A stretch of 52,247 nt of DNA from Octopus bimaculoides (lineage: Eukaryota), in contig NC_068989.1 in assembly GCF_001194135.2 (NCBI RefSeq), positions 32,110,044-32,162,290 of the forward strand, given 5' to 3'. The notes beneath the pieces were generated by a model. That model was not told the DNA's origin. It saw nothing but the letters and a program-made list of their open reading frames with translations, and ran no database searches. Below are positions 11,617-24,639 of this stretch, piece after piece. A program made the translations under genes and the position numbers. How positions within the stretch are numbered: position 1 is the first letter of the stretch; each line of letters starts with the position of its first letter.

Positions 11617-12537
11617 GGGTCATAGCCCAACTAATTAGGGAGTGAGTTAGTTTAGATGAGATGCAGTTTGGGTTCGTGCCAGGGAAAAGCACCACTGATG
11701 CTATATTTCTGGTAAAACAGCTTCAGGNNNNNNNNNNNNNNNNNNNNNNNNNNNNNNNNNNNNNNNNNNNNNNNNNNNNNNNNNNNNNNNNNNNNNNNNN
11801 NNNNNNNNNNNNNNNNNNNNNNNNNNNNNNNNNNNNNNNNNNNNNNNNNNNNNNNNNNNNNNNNNNNNNNNNNNNNNNNNNNNNNNNNNNNNNNNNNNNN
11901 NNNNNNNNNNNNNNNNNNNNNNNNNNNNNNNNNNNNNNNNNNNNNNNNNNNNNNNNNNNNNNNNNNNNNNNNNNNNNNNNNNNNNNNNNNNNNNNNNNNN
12001 NNNNNNNNNNNNNNNNNNNNNNNNNNNNNNNNNNNNNNNNNNNNNNNNNNNNNNNNNNNNNNNNNNNNNNNNNNNNNNNNNNNNNNNNNNNNNNNNNNNN
12101 NNNNNNNNNNNNNNNNNNNNNNNNNNNNNNNNNNNNNNNNNNNNNNNNNNNNNNNNNNNNNNNNNNNNNNNNNNNNNNNNNNNNNNNNNNNNAAAACCAA
12201 AGTCCTAATAAGTAGGAAGGTAGACAAAACACAAACCCCTTCAGGTAGATGGCCCTGCTTGATCTGTAGAAAAGGCATAGGTAGAATCTCTATAAGATGT
12301 ACCCAGTGTAAGCTATGGACACATAAGAGATGCAGCAATTTCAAAGGCAGGCTAACTAGGAAGTTAGTTTTTGTATGTGGCAGATGTTCAGGAGCAATAA
12401 ACATTGAAAATGTGCAGAAAACAACTTCTGTCACATTCCAGGGAGAAAAACTAGACATAGTTGATAGCTTCCGTTATCTAGGTGACCAAGTTAGTAGTGG
12501 GGGAGTGTGCGCTGAAAGTGTAGCTGCTAGAATAACC
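11617..12537 (+). mobile_element. RTE-clade LINE reverse transcriptase fragment (gap 11728-12192)
   Basis: MQFGFVPGKSTTDAIFLVKQLQ and CSICRKG..CTQCKLWTHKRC; highly similar to 40046-40920. Confidence 0.9.
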
Positions 12538-13519
12538 ATTCCTTCCAGGCATGGTTATATACTTACACAGAAACACATGGGTGCAGAAGGTGGTCAACAA
12601 TGAAAATATCAGGTTGACGGAAATTACATTTCTTAATACGATGGGCAGAAAGTAAATAAGAAATTTGTATGGGAAATAAAGAATTGTATGCATTGAAGTG
12701 AAATTTGCCAGAGAGCCAGTTTTGAAGGAACAGGTAAAAAAAAAGCTGTTAATAACAGAAAAACACAAACCTGTTGCAAAAGTAAATAAGGAATTTTTAA
12801 GGAAATGAGCTAAGGATACAGATTTTTAGTGAAATTGTTTGAAGTTACTTCTGTCAGTAAATTATGAACTTACTTTTATCAGGAATTCTCTCAACAAAAA
12901 AAAAAAAAAAGCACAAAATGTTGCAGATGTAATTTAGAAATTTGTAGGAAAATTTAATGAAGTGTACGGATTGAAGTGAAATTTATGGAGTTACATCTGT
13001 CAGTAAATTATGTATGAAATTACTTTCATCAATAATTGTGAAATTCTTTCTAACAGTAATTTGTCATTGTTGTTTGTAAATAGCATTTGAAAACTTGCAG
13101 TGAAAACAATAGAGAATGAGTGAAGATATAGAGAGAGGGGAGAGAGAGAGAGCTAGCTAGTTGGACAAATAAGATAGATAGATAAGATATAGACAAATGG
13201 AGATAGAGGTGTACAGATAGATATAGAGATGGATAGAGATAGATGGATAGAGAGATATACATATCACTGACTCTAGAAAACCGGAAAAATATTTTAAACT
13301 CTCAATGATGTGAATCTAATATAAAAAGCAATATCTTAAATTTTTTTTTGATGAAGATAATCAACTTCTGAAAGTTACTTTGCAAAGAGTTACTTCCCTT
13401 CTACATGTAACCCAGGAATGGGTGTTTTCTGCCCCCCTGGGAGGACCGTTACTCTTTATGTAAAAATGCAGCTGTTATAATCTTTTACAGACACACACAC
13501 ACACACACACACACAGAAT

Positions 13520-13555
<36 letters not shown>

Positions 13556-13948
13556 NNNNNNNNNNNNNNNNNNNNNNNNNNNNNNNNNNNNNNNNNNNNN
13601 NNNNNNNNNNNNNNNNNNNNNNNNNNNNNNNNNNNNNNNNNNNNNNNNNNNNNNNNNNNNNNNNNNNNNNNNNNNNNNNNNNNNNNNNNNNNNNNNNNNN
13701 NNNNNNNNNNNNNNNNNNNNNNNNNNNNNNNNNNNNNNNNNNNNNNNNNNNNNNNNNNNNNNNNNTACGTATATATGCATATACTCATTTACTATTTGTT
13801 TATATATATATGTGTATCTAAATATATAGATAGATACTTATATATGTGAAACAGAGAGAGAGAGAGAGAGAGAGCGATGTCTAAGTGTCACTCACTCTCT
13901 CTCTCATGCATGTGCACATACATCCAAAATGATGTATATATATGTACT

Positions 13949-14103
13949 AGGAGTGGTTGTGTGGTAAGTAGCTTGCTTACCTACCACACGGTTCTGAGTT
14001 CAGTCCTACTTCGTGGCACCTTGAGCATGTGTCTTCTACTATAGCCTCAGGCTGACCAAAGCCTTGTGAGTGGGTTTGGTAGACAGAAACTGAAGGAAGC
14101 CCA
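13949..14103 (+). mobile_element. SINE head
   Basis: Same family as 7546-7708. Confidence 0.85.
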
Positions 14104-14893
14104 TTATATATNNNNNNNNNNNNNNNNNNNNNNNNNNNNNNNNNNNNNNNNNNNNNNNNNNNNNNNNNNNNNNNNNNNNNNNNNNNNNNNNNNNNNNNNN
14201 NNNNNNNNNNNNNNNNNNNNNNNNNNNNNNNNNNNNNNNNNNNNNNNNNNNNNNNNNNNNNNNNNNNNNNNNNNNNNNNNNNNNNNNNNNNNNNNNNNNN
14301 NNNNNNNNNNNNNNNNNNNNNNNNNNNNNNNNNNNNNNNNNNNNNNNNNNNNNNNNNNNNNNNNNNNNNNNNNNNNNNNNNNNNNNNNNNNNNNNNNNNN
14401 NNNNNNNNNNNNNNNNNNNNNNNNNNNNNNNNNNNNNNNNNNNNNNNNNNNNNNNNNNNNNNNNNNNNNNNNNNNNNNNNNNNNNNNNNNNNNNNNNNNN
14501 NNNNNNNNNNNNNNNNNNNNNNNNNNNNNNNNNNNNNNNNNNNNNNNNNNNNNNNNNNNNNNNNNNNNNNNNNNNNNNNNNNNNNNNNNNNNNNNNNNNN
14601 NNNNNNNNNNNNNNNNNNNNNNNNNNNNNNNNNNNNNNNNNNNNNNNNNNNNNNNNNNNNNNNNNNNNNNACCATATAAATAGTTATAAAAACTCCAATA
14701 TACATGCCTATGCATGTATACATTACCATATGCAGATATACATGGATACAAAAACATAACTACATGAGTACATATATGTGTGCTCAGATGCACATACACA
14801 GATGGTTGCACATGCATACTAAAATAGTCAACAGTCACTGTCACCACATGTGAGGGGGACATACACATATCTATCCCCTCACACATACATACA

Positions 14894-14926
<33 letters not shown>

Positions 14927-15089
14927 GTATATATAAATATTCCCATACATACATGATCCCTGGTATGAACGTTATTCGTTGCATTTCAAAAGCTGTTTAT
15001 ATGTTAAAATTTGTTGGGTGCGTGTGTGTCAGTTCTGTATGTGGTGGAGGGGTCTATGTGTAAATTATTTCTTGAGAAGTTGTTGATAC

Positions 15090-15119
<30 letters not shown>

Positions 15120-15120
<1 letters not shown>

Positions 15121-15616
15121 TGCCTCACTGTTAACGATGCCTCACTGTTAACAATGCCTCACTGTTAACAAAACAAAATACAAACCGGAATGGTCATCGA
15201 CCGTATTATAAAGGACCACGTACTCGAATGATGAACCAGATTCGAGACGAAAAATCTGCTACTGGTTCAAATCTTCCCGACACACAGGAGCTGGAAGTAC
15301 CCCACAACTGGAATATTCCAACAGATGGCCATCCATGCTCATCACCAAACAACCAAATGAAAAAGAATGAAAAATGGTCTAGGGAAGATAATAAAGAAGT
15401 TCTTATGGCCTTCTACCATGCCATATATTTCCCCACAAATAAATCGAATACTGTACAAACCTGTTTCTTAAACATTCTCTAGAACAACACTATGTACAAA
15501 TCGAAATATATGGTACCCTAGGCATAACACCTACATGAACTTCTAACTTGTTGTCTCTTGAGGTCTCTGGGTGAGACTTGGATCCAACTTGTACAAATGC
15601 AAAGCAAAAGTCAAAC
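15120..15616 (+). mobile_element. Putative internally deleted R4/Dong-like element embedded in (AAT)n
   Basis: Three 17-bp tandem repeats at the start; KWSREDNKEVLMAFY resembles an RLE-LINE N-terminus; flanked by (AAT)n on both sides. Family assignment is from memory, not from a search. Confidence 0.45.
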
Positions 15617-15647
15617 ATAAAATAATAATAATAACAACAACAATAAT

Positions 15648-15785
15648 AATATGCCAACTTTTTAAAATTTGTGATGAGGTACTCTGTTATTTTTTCCTAT
15701 GGAGAAGATAAGGTCCTTCCAGTAGTGGGTATTAAGAATTCTGCTGCTATTTGGGGAGGGGTAACTTTTACTGCTAATTCCTCTC
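15648..15785. repeat. Unclassified dispersed repeat (second copy about 50961-51070)
   Basis: Shared aataatatgccaa.ttt...ttctgctgctatt.gggga.gg.taa.tt.tac.g.taattcc, each next to (AAT/AAC)n. Confidence 0.7.
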
Positions 15786-15878
15786 ATCTAATTGGACATC
15801 TATTGTTTTAAATTATCTAGACTTAGCTATGGTTGGATAGCCACTAACCAGTCAAAAAGGTTAGGCGTGAATGCATAC

Positions 15879-15909
<31 letters not shown>

Positions 15910-17691
15910 TACATGCGTGCTTTATAAATTTATACACATATACACACATGTATATACACACATATATACACACATACACACACATACCTTCATGCCTGTA
16001 TATACTTATATAGATGGAGTGTACATACAAATACAAAGATTAAATGAGTTATAGAATAGATTATTATGAAGTCTATATGCGGATACAAATAAATAAATAA
16101 ATAAATATCCATATGTATGTATACATACATACATACACGGCCACACTATAATAAGGGGTAAAGTAGCAAGACAAAGCCATAATATATTAAAACTATAAGA
16201 CTGCTCATATTTCACTTCATGGTATGTTGGCGTTAAGTTAGATTATGCTTAAGAGTTTCTATGTCTGACAGCAAGATTCTCTTTATAGTAGAGTCACTCA
16301 ACTAATGAACCACTACGGCAGTTATTTATAAACTTAGCGATTTGCGTGTAATTATATTTCATTATTTCTACTGTTAGGTTTATACATGGGATGTCATTTA
16401 CTATAGAGACAAGAGTGAATGGGGGTGACCCTAAGATTTGAGTTTCCTACATAACTAACTGTTAACCTACATAATTAATTATTATTGTTGTTGTTGCTAC
16501 CACCATCACCATTATTATAATGTATCCTACATAACTAACTAATTAACCAATACATTAGTTCAAATGAGTAGATAAGTAAATAATAATTGACTAATCAAAC
16601 AATCGAGGAATAAAACTGTCCAAACCTTGGCAGAATATCGTTGAGTACCAGAGACCTTAGCACGTAGTAGACAGTTACCCACACATCCTCATATATACAC
16701 ACTCAAAATGTGCATACACACACACACATATATATAGGTGCATGTACACTTATCCACATACACACTCACACAACTACACACATACATACCTGCTTACCTA
16801 TACATATAAGTCAACCTACATATCCACATAACTGTATTCGCACAACATTATATACATGTACATGCAGGCATAAGATACATACTTAATTGTCAAATAAGCA
16901 CGCACATACATACATACATACATACATACATACATACCCAGATACAAGTGCATACCCACCTATAACTACATATATCTATACGTCCAGATGTAAATATCTA
17001 AATATATACATCTACAAGCACACGATATTCCCATAAATGATTGTAAATATATAGGTACACATATACCCACACACAGACATACATACATATATATATATAT
17101 ATACATATATATAGACCCATAGACACACCCATACACACATATATACACATACATATACATACACCCACATATACACACATACATATACTCATACATATAT
17201 ATGTACCCTCACATACACACACATATATACTAACAAATAAATACATAAATAAATACACACAGGTGGAGTATTTATAGTAATAATAACAACAATAACATTA
17301 ACAATAATAACACATGTAGATACATCCATATGTGCATATACATATGCACACACCTATACCTATAGATACTTATATCAATACAGAGGTAGTACTTACAGTG
17401 ATAACTACTCGCTTGTGTATGTATGCCAACATCAACATAAATATATCAAACTAAATATATATACTTATTTATATATGTCGACTTAATTATTATATGTTAG
17501 CTAATACAATGTCAGTAAACTCTCATTAGTTATCATTAAAACAGATGTGGTGCTTTAGTACTAGGTTCTATATTTATATTAGATATATATATATACAGAT
17601 ATCACATTTAATCTCATACAATATTGGATAGAAATAGTGGTTAGCTTAAATAAATTCTATTACATCAGGGATGGTATCTTAATATTACGTT

Positions 17692-18780
17692 CTACTTGAA
17701 TTTAGAGAAGGTATACCCAATTTTATAAAGGCATGAATGGTTGCGTTCCTTCAGATTGTTAATAAGCGGAATTTTGGCCCTAATTAGGAAAAAAATTTCA
17801 TTTATGCATAATAAGCATTTTCTATTTTTATTATTGTATGCAGGTGCAGATGTCAATATTTCCCAGTTTAGGTTAAAGTTAGTACCCTTATATTTGAGTT
17901 CCCATATGTAGCTACTTAATCCGGTAGAATTTCTTCTGTTCCTGTTCCTAAACGTATAATTGTGGTAATTAAGTCTTTGTTTCATACTATTTTTAGTCGC
18001 ACCCACGTATACCCTATTATCATATTTTGTATTTACTACACATTGGTATACTACCTCCTTTCTCATGCAGCTATTTCCGAGCACGCAATTTTTACTTATT
18101 CTACAATTACAATTTTTACTTTGGTGCACATAGTTAATGTGATTGGTGTTAAAATTTGCCATGCTATTTATTCGGTTATTGTTGATCCCCAAGACGCTGT
18201 TATTGCTAATACTATTGTTATTATCAATGTTAGTATTCCTACTACTATTATTATTATTATTAATACTTCCATTGTTACTTGTACTATTATTATTATTACT
18301 ATTATTTTTATTGTTTATGTTAATGTTATTGTTTCCAGAATCAATATTAATATCATCATTACCATTACTATAATTATTATTATGACTATCATTGTTGCTA
18401 TATATGTTTGTGTTGTCTGTGTTATTTTTCCTACTCATATAGAAACTAACCAGCTTTCTGTTGTTAATTGAGGAGATTATGGTAGCCAGGTTGTGCATTA
18501 GGCTATATCCTATTCTTACTGTTATATTATTAATTAACTCCCAATATTTATTTTTTCCTTTTACAAATTGTTTATTGATTATACTGAAGATTGTTTTTAC
18601 TATGTCATTTTTGATCTGCATGGCAAAGGGGATTATTAGCCACAGAGTGTCTACCCCATTATTGTCTTTATAAGGGTTGCCTACATTATGTGTGGATCTT
18701 CCGGTATTATTCATATTTCTAATATTGTATTTAATATTATTCTTTATGTAACCGTTTTTGTTGCTGTTATTCTCTTGAAG
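17692..18780 (-). mobile_element. Penelope-like element C-terminus: linker + CxCx5Cx5C + GIY-YIG endonuclease, with an in-frame Asn microsatellite
   Basis: ORF 17692-18954: WLIIPF...VRIGYSLMHNLATIISSINN, then CNCRISKNCVLGNSC, VVYQC..YVGATKNSMKQRLNYH, GLSSYIWELK, WEIL, CLLCINE. Confidence 0.88.
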
Positions 18781-18814
<34 letters not shown>

Positions 18815-18819
<5 letters not shown>

Positions 18820-19017
18820 CTGTGTTTGTCCCCCCACCATCGCTTGACAACCGATTTTGGTGTGTTTACGTCCGTGTAACTTAGCATTCGGCAAAAGACT
18901 GATAGAATAAGTACTAGGCTTACAAAGAATAAGTCCTAGGATGAATTTCTTCAACTAAAGGCGATACTCCAGCATGGCCACAGTCAAATGACTGAAGCAA
19001 ATAAAAGAATAAAAGAA
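18815..19017 (+). mobile_element. SINE 3' module
   Basis: Matches 8230-8438 and the reverse complement of 49287-49500. Confidence 0.85.
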
Positions 19018-19454
19018 TGGCAACATACTACTTCACTCGCTCACTCTCTTTCTCTCTCTCTCTTGTCCATTTCATATACACATACATACATACATACATC
19101 TTTCACTTTCTCCTCTTTCATTTTAAAACAAAAGTAAGTAAAGAAATATTTTTTACGGAAATTAATGAACAAGTTGTTTATTTTGGTATTTCTGTGGGTT
19201 TAACTGACAATGTCAAAATATGCAATTGGAAAAGAACATTTTGCAGCAAAGGCACAATGGCAGACAATATCATAAAAATTATTAGAACTGGGAACCAATT
19301 GTGCAAACAACATGAAGTAAGTAGTAGTAAACTGCCCGAAGGGCAGTTTTTCTGTTAGTATACATACTAGTATGCATACCACAATGCCTTCCACAATGTA
19401 ACCTCGTGTATATCCTTGGTGATTTTTTCTTCCTCTGTCTTCCCTTCTTTGGAC

Positions 19455-19535
19455 TTTCCTATATTTCCGACGAAGAGCTTCGCTCGAAATGTCAAACTCT
19501 CTTTCCTTTCCTGAGCGTCCAGTAACACAATATCT
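19455..19535 (+). ncRNA. Degenerate hammerhead-ribozyme-like motif (Penelope-type terminal repeat fragment)
   Basis: CCGACGA-A-GAGC-TTC-GCTC-GAAA-TGT ... CGTC. Core U4 is changed to C and stem I is unclear. Confidence 0.5.
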
Positions 19536-19584
19536 GTATCACGTCCTCACGTTGTTGTTTTTTGTTGTTTTTCTTGTTTGAACC

Positions 19585-19626
<42 letters not shown>

Positions 19627-22600
19627 GTGTGTGTGTGTGTATTTAATGTGTATCTATCAGTGGTGTGTGATGACTTCCAAAGTTGGTCATGCAATAAATA
19701 CTTGGCTCACATTGCGGAGACGTTTTTTTACAGAAACCTACGGTTTTGGCTATGGAGATTCTGATTCTGAAAAAAGTTGTTTGTAAAATTTCAATTTTTC
19801 AAAGAAAAAAAAAGAATTACCCCAACCCCCTCCCCTTTTGATTTTATGGCCTTGAAGCAAACTATCCACATGCTAGAAGTAACAGCCAAATCTTACAGGA
19901 ATTTGTTGGGTGAAAAATCTGCGATTAAAATAATGAAAGAAATATGTATTCAATCTACTCACCTTTCTGCAAAGATTTCTTTCAGAGAAATTTCCCGTAG
20001 TAAAATGAGGTATATTGTGACAAAGTTGTAAAAAAAAGTTTGTTGGAGATTTGACTTATTTCTGCACTCATATCTTTTAAACTTTCAAGTTTTGTTTGGT
20101 AAAAAAAAACACTTTCAGTTGTAAAAGAGCAAACAATGAACTCTTTAATTTCATTCTGTCACAGTATACCTCATTTTACTGCGATTGTGAATTGTAAATC
20201 AGTTTGAACAAAATGGAAAGATAATCTTAGTAAAGCTATATTATATTTCTGATTTCAGAACTTTTTTTTCAATACAGAGAGGATGGTTAATGATAATAAT
20301 TTCAGAACTTACGACAGAGCAAAATAGATATTCCAAAGTCGTGGCAACATTTGAGCTGACTAATTAAGAATTATGGGATTGTTGATATGTTTTGGTCAGA
20401 ATTTTTACATGTCAAAAAGTCAAACCCATTTAACCATTTAGCCTGTCACATTAACTGCATCAATTACAAAGAATTGTTGACAAAGAAGAACTGATAGAAA
20501 GGGAGAGGAAGCTAAAACATGCGTTTTTTCTGAAAGCATGCTTTCTGTAGTTATTTATTGAGATAAAAAAGAATCTTTCAGGCATTGAAATGATAGTTAT
20601 TCAATGATAGGAAGGGGTGAGGCGAAGAACAAAAGATTTCATATGCATTTTACTTTAAGTATGTCTAGTGGAAGCAAAATGGAAACACAATGAAGTATCA
20701 ATCTGGACAGGTTTCCTTTGAAACAAAGTAACTATTTTAGTTCATTTTCCAATGATTTGGACAACTTTTCAATGTGGTTATAAATATATTATGTTCATAG
20801 ATTGATTTTTGAGTTATATAAAAATTAACGGACATGAGTAGTATGTCTCAACTGCACACCACTGGTATCTATGTATATAATGTGTGTGTGTGTGTATATA
20901 TATATTTAAAAAGTAGACATAATAAAAATGTTAGAAGAGGTTTAAGATAGAATATGCATCAGTGAATAAGTGCTGGATTCTGTATTTTTTTCCTTGATTT
21001 TGAAACTTTTTCTTTTGTTAAGTTTACTCTTGATTTAATGCCCCACTTTCAAATTTCCTCTAGTTTTTTTTTAACTCAGTAGTCTGTGAGAACTACATCA
21101 ACAGCATACAGAATTCTCAGGTAAAGCCACTTTTGAATTCCTCTGATATGGCTTTGATAACTATAATAAACAAGGATGTCTGAGAAATGAATCTTAATGG
21201 ACATATATCTGTATGCTAAATTCTTTACTGAACTCTGATTCTCATTTTACTGACAGGACCCCTGTGTATAGCTTGCTTGTCTCTGGAAAATCTTTAAACT
21301 ATATCTAATTTTCTTAATGATTAACAGACTACTGAGTACAATACCCTGTGAAAGGCCTTGTCCAGTTCAATAAATACTATTTAGAGTGGTTCACTCATGA
21401 GTAAGAACTTCTCTTGTAGCTGTCTTATCAAAATGAGGGCTTCAGTGGTTCTACATCCTGGTATAAACCCAAATTGCATCACATCTAAGATTATAATTTT
21501 CTTAATTAGCTGTCCTAATATTCTTTCTGCTACTTTTATAATAGTTGCTGCTGTAATTGCTCTTTTCTAAGGTATCTCCTTTACTTTTGTGGCAGTTAAT
21601 GATACTGTTGCTGTACTACATGATTAATTATGTGTGTGACAAGTGCATATCTGTGTCAAATACTTTCTGCATCTTGGTGAATATCCTTGACTGTCCTACT
21701 GTTTTCCTTATCTTTACATCATTAAGGCCCTTTTGATTGTATAGCTGGAACCTTAATTTCATAAATCTAGTATGTGGCTTATGGCAGGTTGTCCTATAGA
21801 GACTCCCAGTTTTCTGTTATAAGACTATCACATCTTCACCATAGGCACAATCTAATACTTTTATGAACAACCGTATGGCGAAGGCATTTTTCAGTTTTCA
21901 TACTTTTCTTCTCTAGTTTGTCTTGTGTCTGTAGGTGTGTTTAGTTCTTATCTCTTATCCTAATGTCACTAGGGGAAGATTTAGTATTCACATCCAGCAG
22001 TCATGTTTCTTGAAGAGTATGGACTCGTGTTCACTTGAGTGTTAGATGATCAAGTGTCTGCAAATTGTTGGGTCATTTGTGCCACAAAACATTGATCTGT
22101 TCTTCATTCTTTGTGTCATAACCATAACCTCCATGTATATTGGAGTAACAATTCTGTTGATCAACATGTCCATTAATGTCTCCAGCTATGCTGTTGCCTG
22201 TTATTGAGGTAGATAAAATAAAAATGTGTCTGAAATTTCAAAGTGCATTGGTGGAAGATTAAACTGCTTTTGTATTGTCAACTGGGGAAATGGTATGTCT
22301 GATTCATGCATTTTCTTCAAACTTTAAGAGTTCTTTGAATCTGTAATTGTTGCATTAGCATATCCATTAATTGAAGATTAAATTGCTGTCAAATGGATGA
22401 CATGTAGAATAGTGGGATATCTGTTTGAGCAACTTCAATATGTGACCAGTGACCAAACAGATGAACATGTGGCTATCCCCTCTGCTGATCTTATTCAGTA
22501 AATTAAGGTGTGAAACTTAGTTTCAGCATGTTTTCATTGCTGAGTAATCTTGGGAAATTTGTATTGATTTAGGCCCTTTCATTTATCTTGAATTGAAGTT

Positions 22601-23223
22601 TTTCCAATAAATTTGTAATTATTGTGACTTGATGATGACTAGGCTGTTTTTAATTAATGAGCAATTTGTGGAATGGTATAAAAGAGAATTGGTTAATTCA
22701 GCTGTTGTCTAACTGTTGCAATTTTCTAATGTTGTCTCTCTCGTGTTTTCTATACAATGACAGGCTGATGTGTGTTTGCATATATTTTTGATTAGATCAA
22801 CGTCAACAGTATATCCAGTCCCTACATGAAAGCCATATCAGCAGACCATAATTGAAAATATACATTAACCATTTAGATAAGTTGTAACAATTGCTCTAGC
22901 TATTGATTATTTATAGGGATTGAAAGACTCAAAATATTTTATTCATATTGACAAACATGTTGACAGTTTTTCCTACACCAAAGCTATTGCATTGATTTTA
23001 GTTCTATTTTATAAAATAGAACTAAAATTGCTTTTTAGTGTCATATTCTAGTATGTTTTCATTGAGATACAAATATTCAATTGCTGGTGATGATAATTTT
23101 AAAATGTGTGAATTGAGTAACTGCTCTGAGAGAAAGTTACACATTTGAAATTAATTTAATGTCACCAAATATGTTTTGATTTCTTCAAATTAGTAATGTT
23201 ACACTATTTTTTTCTTCCCCCAG

Positions 23224-23398
23224 GGAACAAATTCTAAGAGTTAAAAATGATGACAATATTCCATTCCTACTAGTTGGCAACAAAGCTGATCTTGAAGACA
23301 AGCGTCAAGTCAGTGCAGATGAAGCTAGTCAGAGAGCTGTCCAGTGGAATGTGTCTTATGTAGAAACTTCAGCTAAAACTAGGGCTAATGTTGATAAG
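23224..23398 (+). CDS. RAL: Ral GTPase, third coding exon (175 nt; G4, G5)
   Basis: (R)[58 protein letters not shown], with NKAD and ETSAK motifs. Polypyrimidine tract + CAG at 23221-23223; phase matches the previous exon; donor GTATGA at 23399, phase 0. Confidence 0.98.
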
Positions 23399-23759
23399 GT
23401 ATGAATTGTTGATTAATTATTGGCCTTTGTGTTTGAATATTGTTGGATATATTGCTTTTACAGATGGATTCCCTTCAAGCTACTAATCATTCAAGTCTGT
23501 AGTCTATCACTACAACCACAATTATTAATTTTTACTCAAGTTTTTATATTGGTGATCCATAGCAACCTGTAGGGTGTTCACAGGGTGATTAGCTCTGCTT
23601 GTATGATTAACGTTATCAAACCAGAATTTTTTCATAATTGATGTACGCTTTCTTATAAGCTCTGTAGAGCTTTACTCTGCTTTCCTTAGAGTTGCCCTTC
23701 TGTTTAGTTGTATCTAAATTGTCTTATCAGATTTTACCACTGTGGGATGTGTTGGGACT

Positions 23760-24330
23760 CCTGCTATCACACTCTCAATCAACTTGAATGTTTATCAGGG
23801 TTTGGTTTTATCCCCAACTCTCTTCCTTCTGTGCTTCAATGACCTACTTACTGCCACATCCAACAACACCCATGCTGATGACATGACCCTTCATTCCTCC
23901 TTAACATTCCCTAACCATATTTCATCCACACATAACCTACACACCACACACCAAACCTGGATTGATTCCAGAAATGAAAATCTTGAGAGCATACTCTGTG
24001 AGGCCTTGCTAACCTTGTCTCTTTTAACAACAAAAAGCTAAAGCACTACTCACAATGCCATCGTCCTCCTTAAGCATGTATGATAATCAGCTAGAGCCTC
24101 ACAGTCACTTCAAATGCTGGACCTCACTATCACCAAGGATTTCTCCAGGCAAAAGCACATCAATAAGGTAGTGAGGACCGTATCCACTTTAGGGTCAGAA
24201 CATATCTCAGCCCCTAACAGCTGTTGACTCTTTACAAAGCTCAACTGAGGCTTTCAGTGGAGCAGTGCACACACAAATGGAATGGTATTGCTACTGGACA
24301 CACAAACATCCTAAACTGCATCCAGAGAAG
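23760..24330 (+). mobile_element. CR1/Jockey-like LINE reverse transcriptase relic
   Basis: VYQGLVLSPTLFLLCFNDLL..HADDMTL (GVPQGSVLSP..YADD-like) and TLYKAQLR..EQCTHKW..LNCIQRR. Confidence 0.8.
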
Positions 24331-24639
24331 GATTATTATTAGTAAATGTTATAATTCATTACATATTTCTCCTTATTTTCTCAACTATATATTTCTGTTA
24401 GTATTAAATTCCAGATCTTCTGTCACTATTCTCTTCTACACACCTTGCACCTTCATATGTCCTGACACTTATCTCTACCATCTTTAACTCTCTTTCCTGC
24501 TTTTCCCATCCACCCTTATATAGTATGAGGTAGCCATGTATCTCTGCTACATCAGGATCTTGTTTGTCCATCTGCCATATGTGGCATACCTCTTCCCTTT
24601 CTACTACCCCACTCAGTTGAGAGCTCTATTTTGTCTTGT

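Noticed and set aside
11118-11630. Long Y/I-, ER-, HT-, LS- or N-rich ORFs (also 1491-1795, 16966-17258, 32121-32499, 39359-39859, 45771-46142)
   Set aside because: Translations of microsatellites.
12600-13035. Degenerate local duplication (gaagttac.tctgtcagtaaattatg; ttgaagtgaaattt) as a functional array
   Set aside because: Only two or three eroded units; no coding or structural signal.
11652-14946. Long ORFs made mostly of X (also 7579-8145, 35712-36107, 40901-41959)
   Set aside because: Open only because N gaps contain no stop codons.
15120-15170. Three 17-bp direct repeats as a CRISPR-like array
   Set aside because: Head-to-tail with no spacers, eukaryotic context, no cas genes.
17611-17670. 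Possible hammerhead just 3' of the PLE stop (- strand CTGATG..atagaa/ttctat..caatattGTA)
   Set aside because: Both core halves are mutated and stem I does not pair; position is suggestive only.
18781-18954. N-terminal part of the 420-aa ORF as the true start of a gene
   Set aside because: It is read through an antisense SINE module and a (TA)/(TG) tract; the fusion is fortuitous.
21200-23100. Possible very old LINE on the - strand (VSHLNLLNKI-like peptide near 22500)
   Set aside because: No second motif could be placed in register by eye; needs a profile search.
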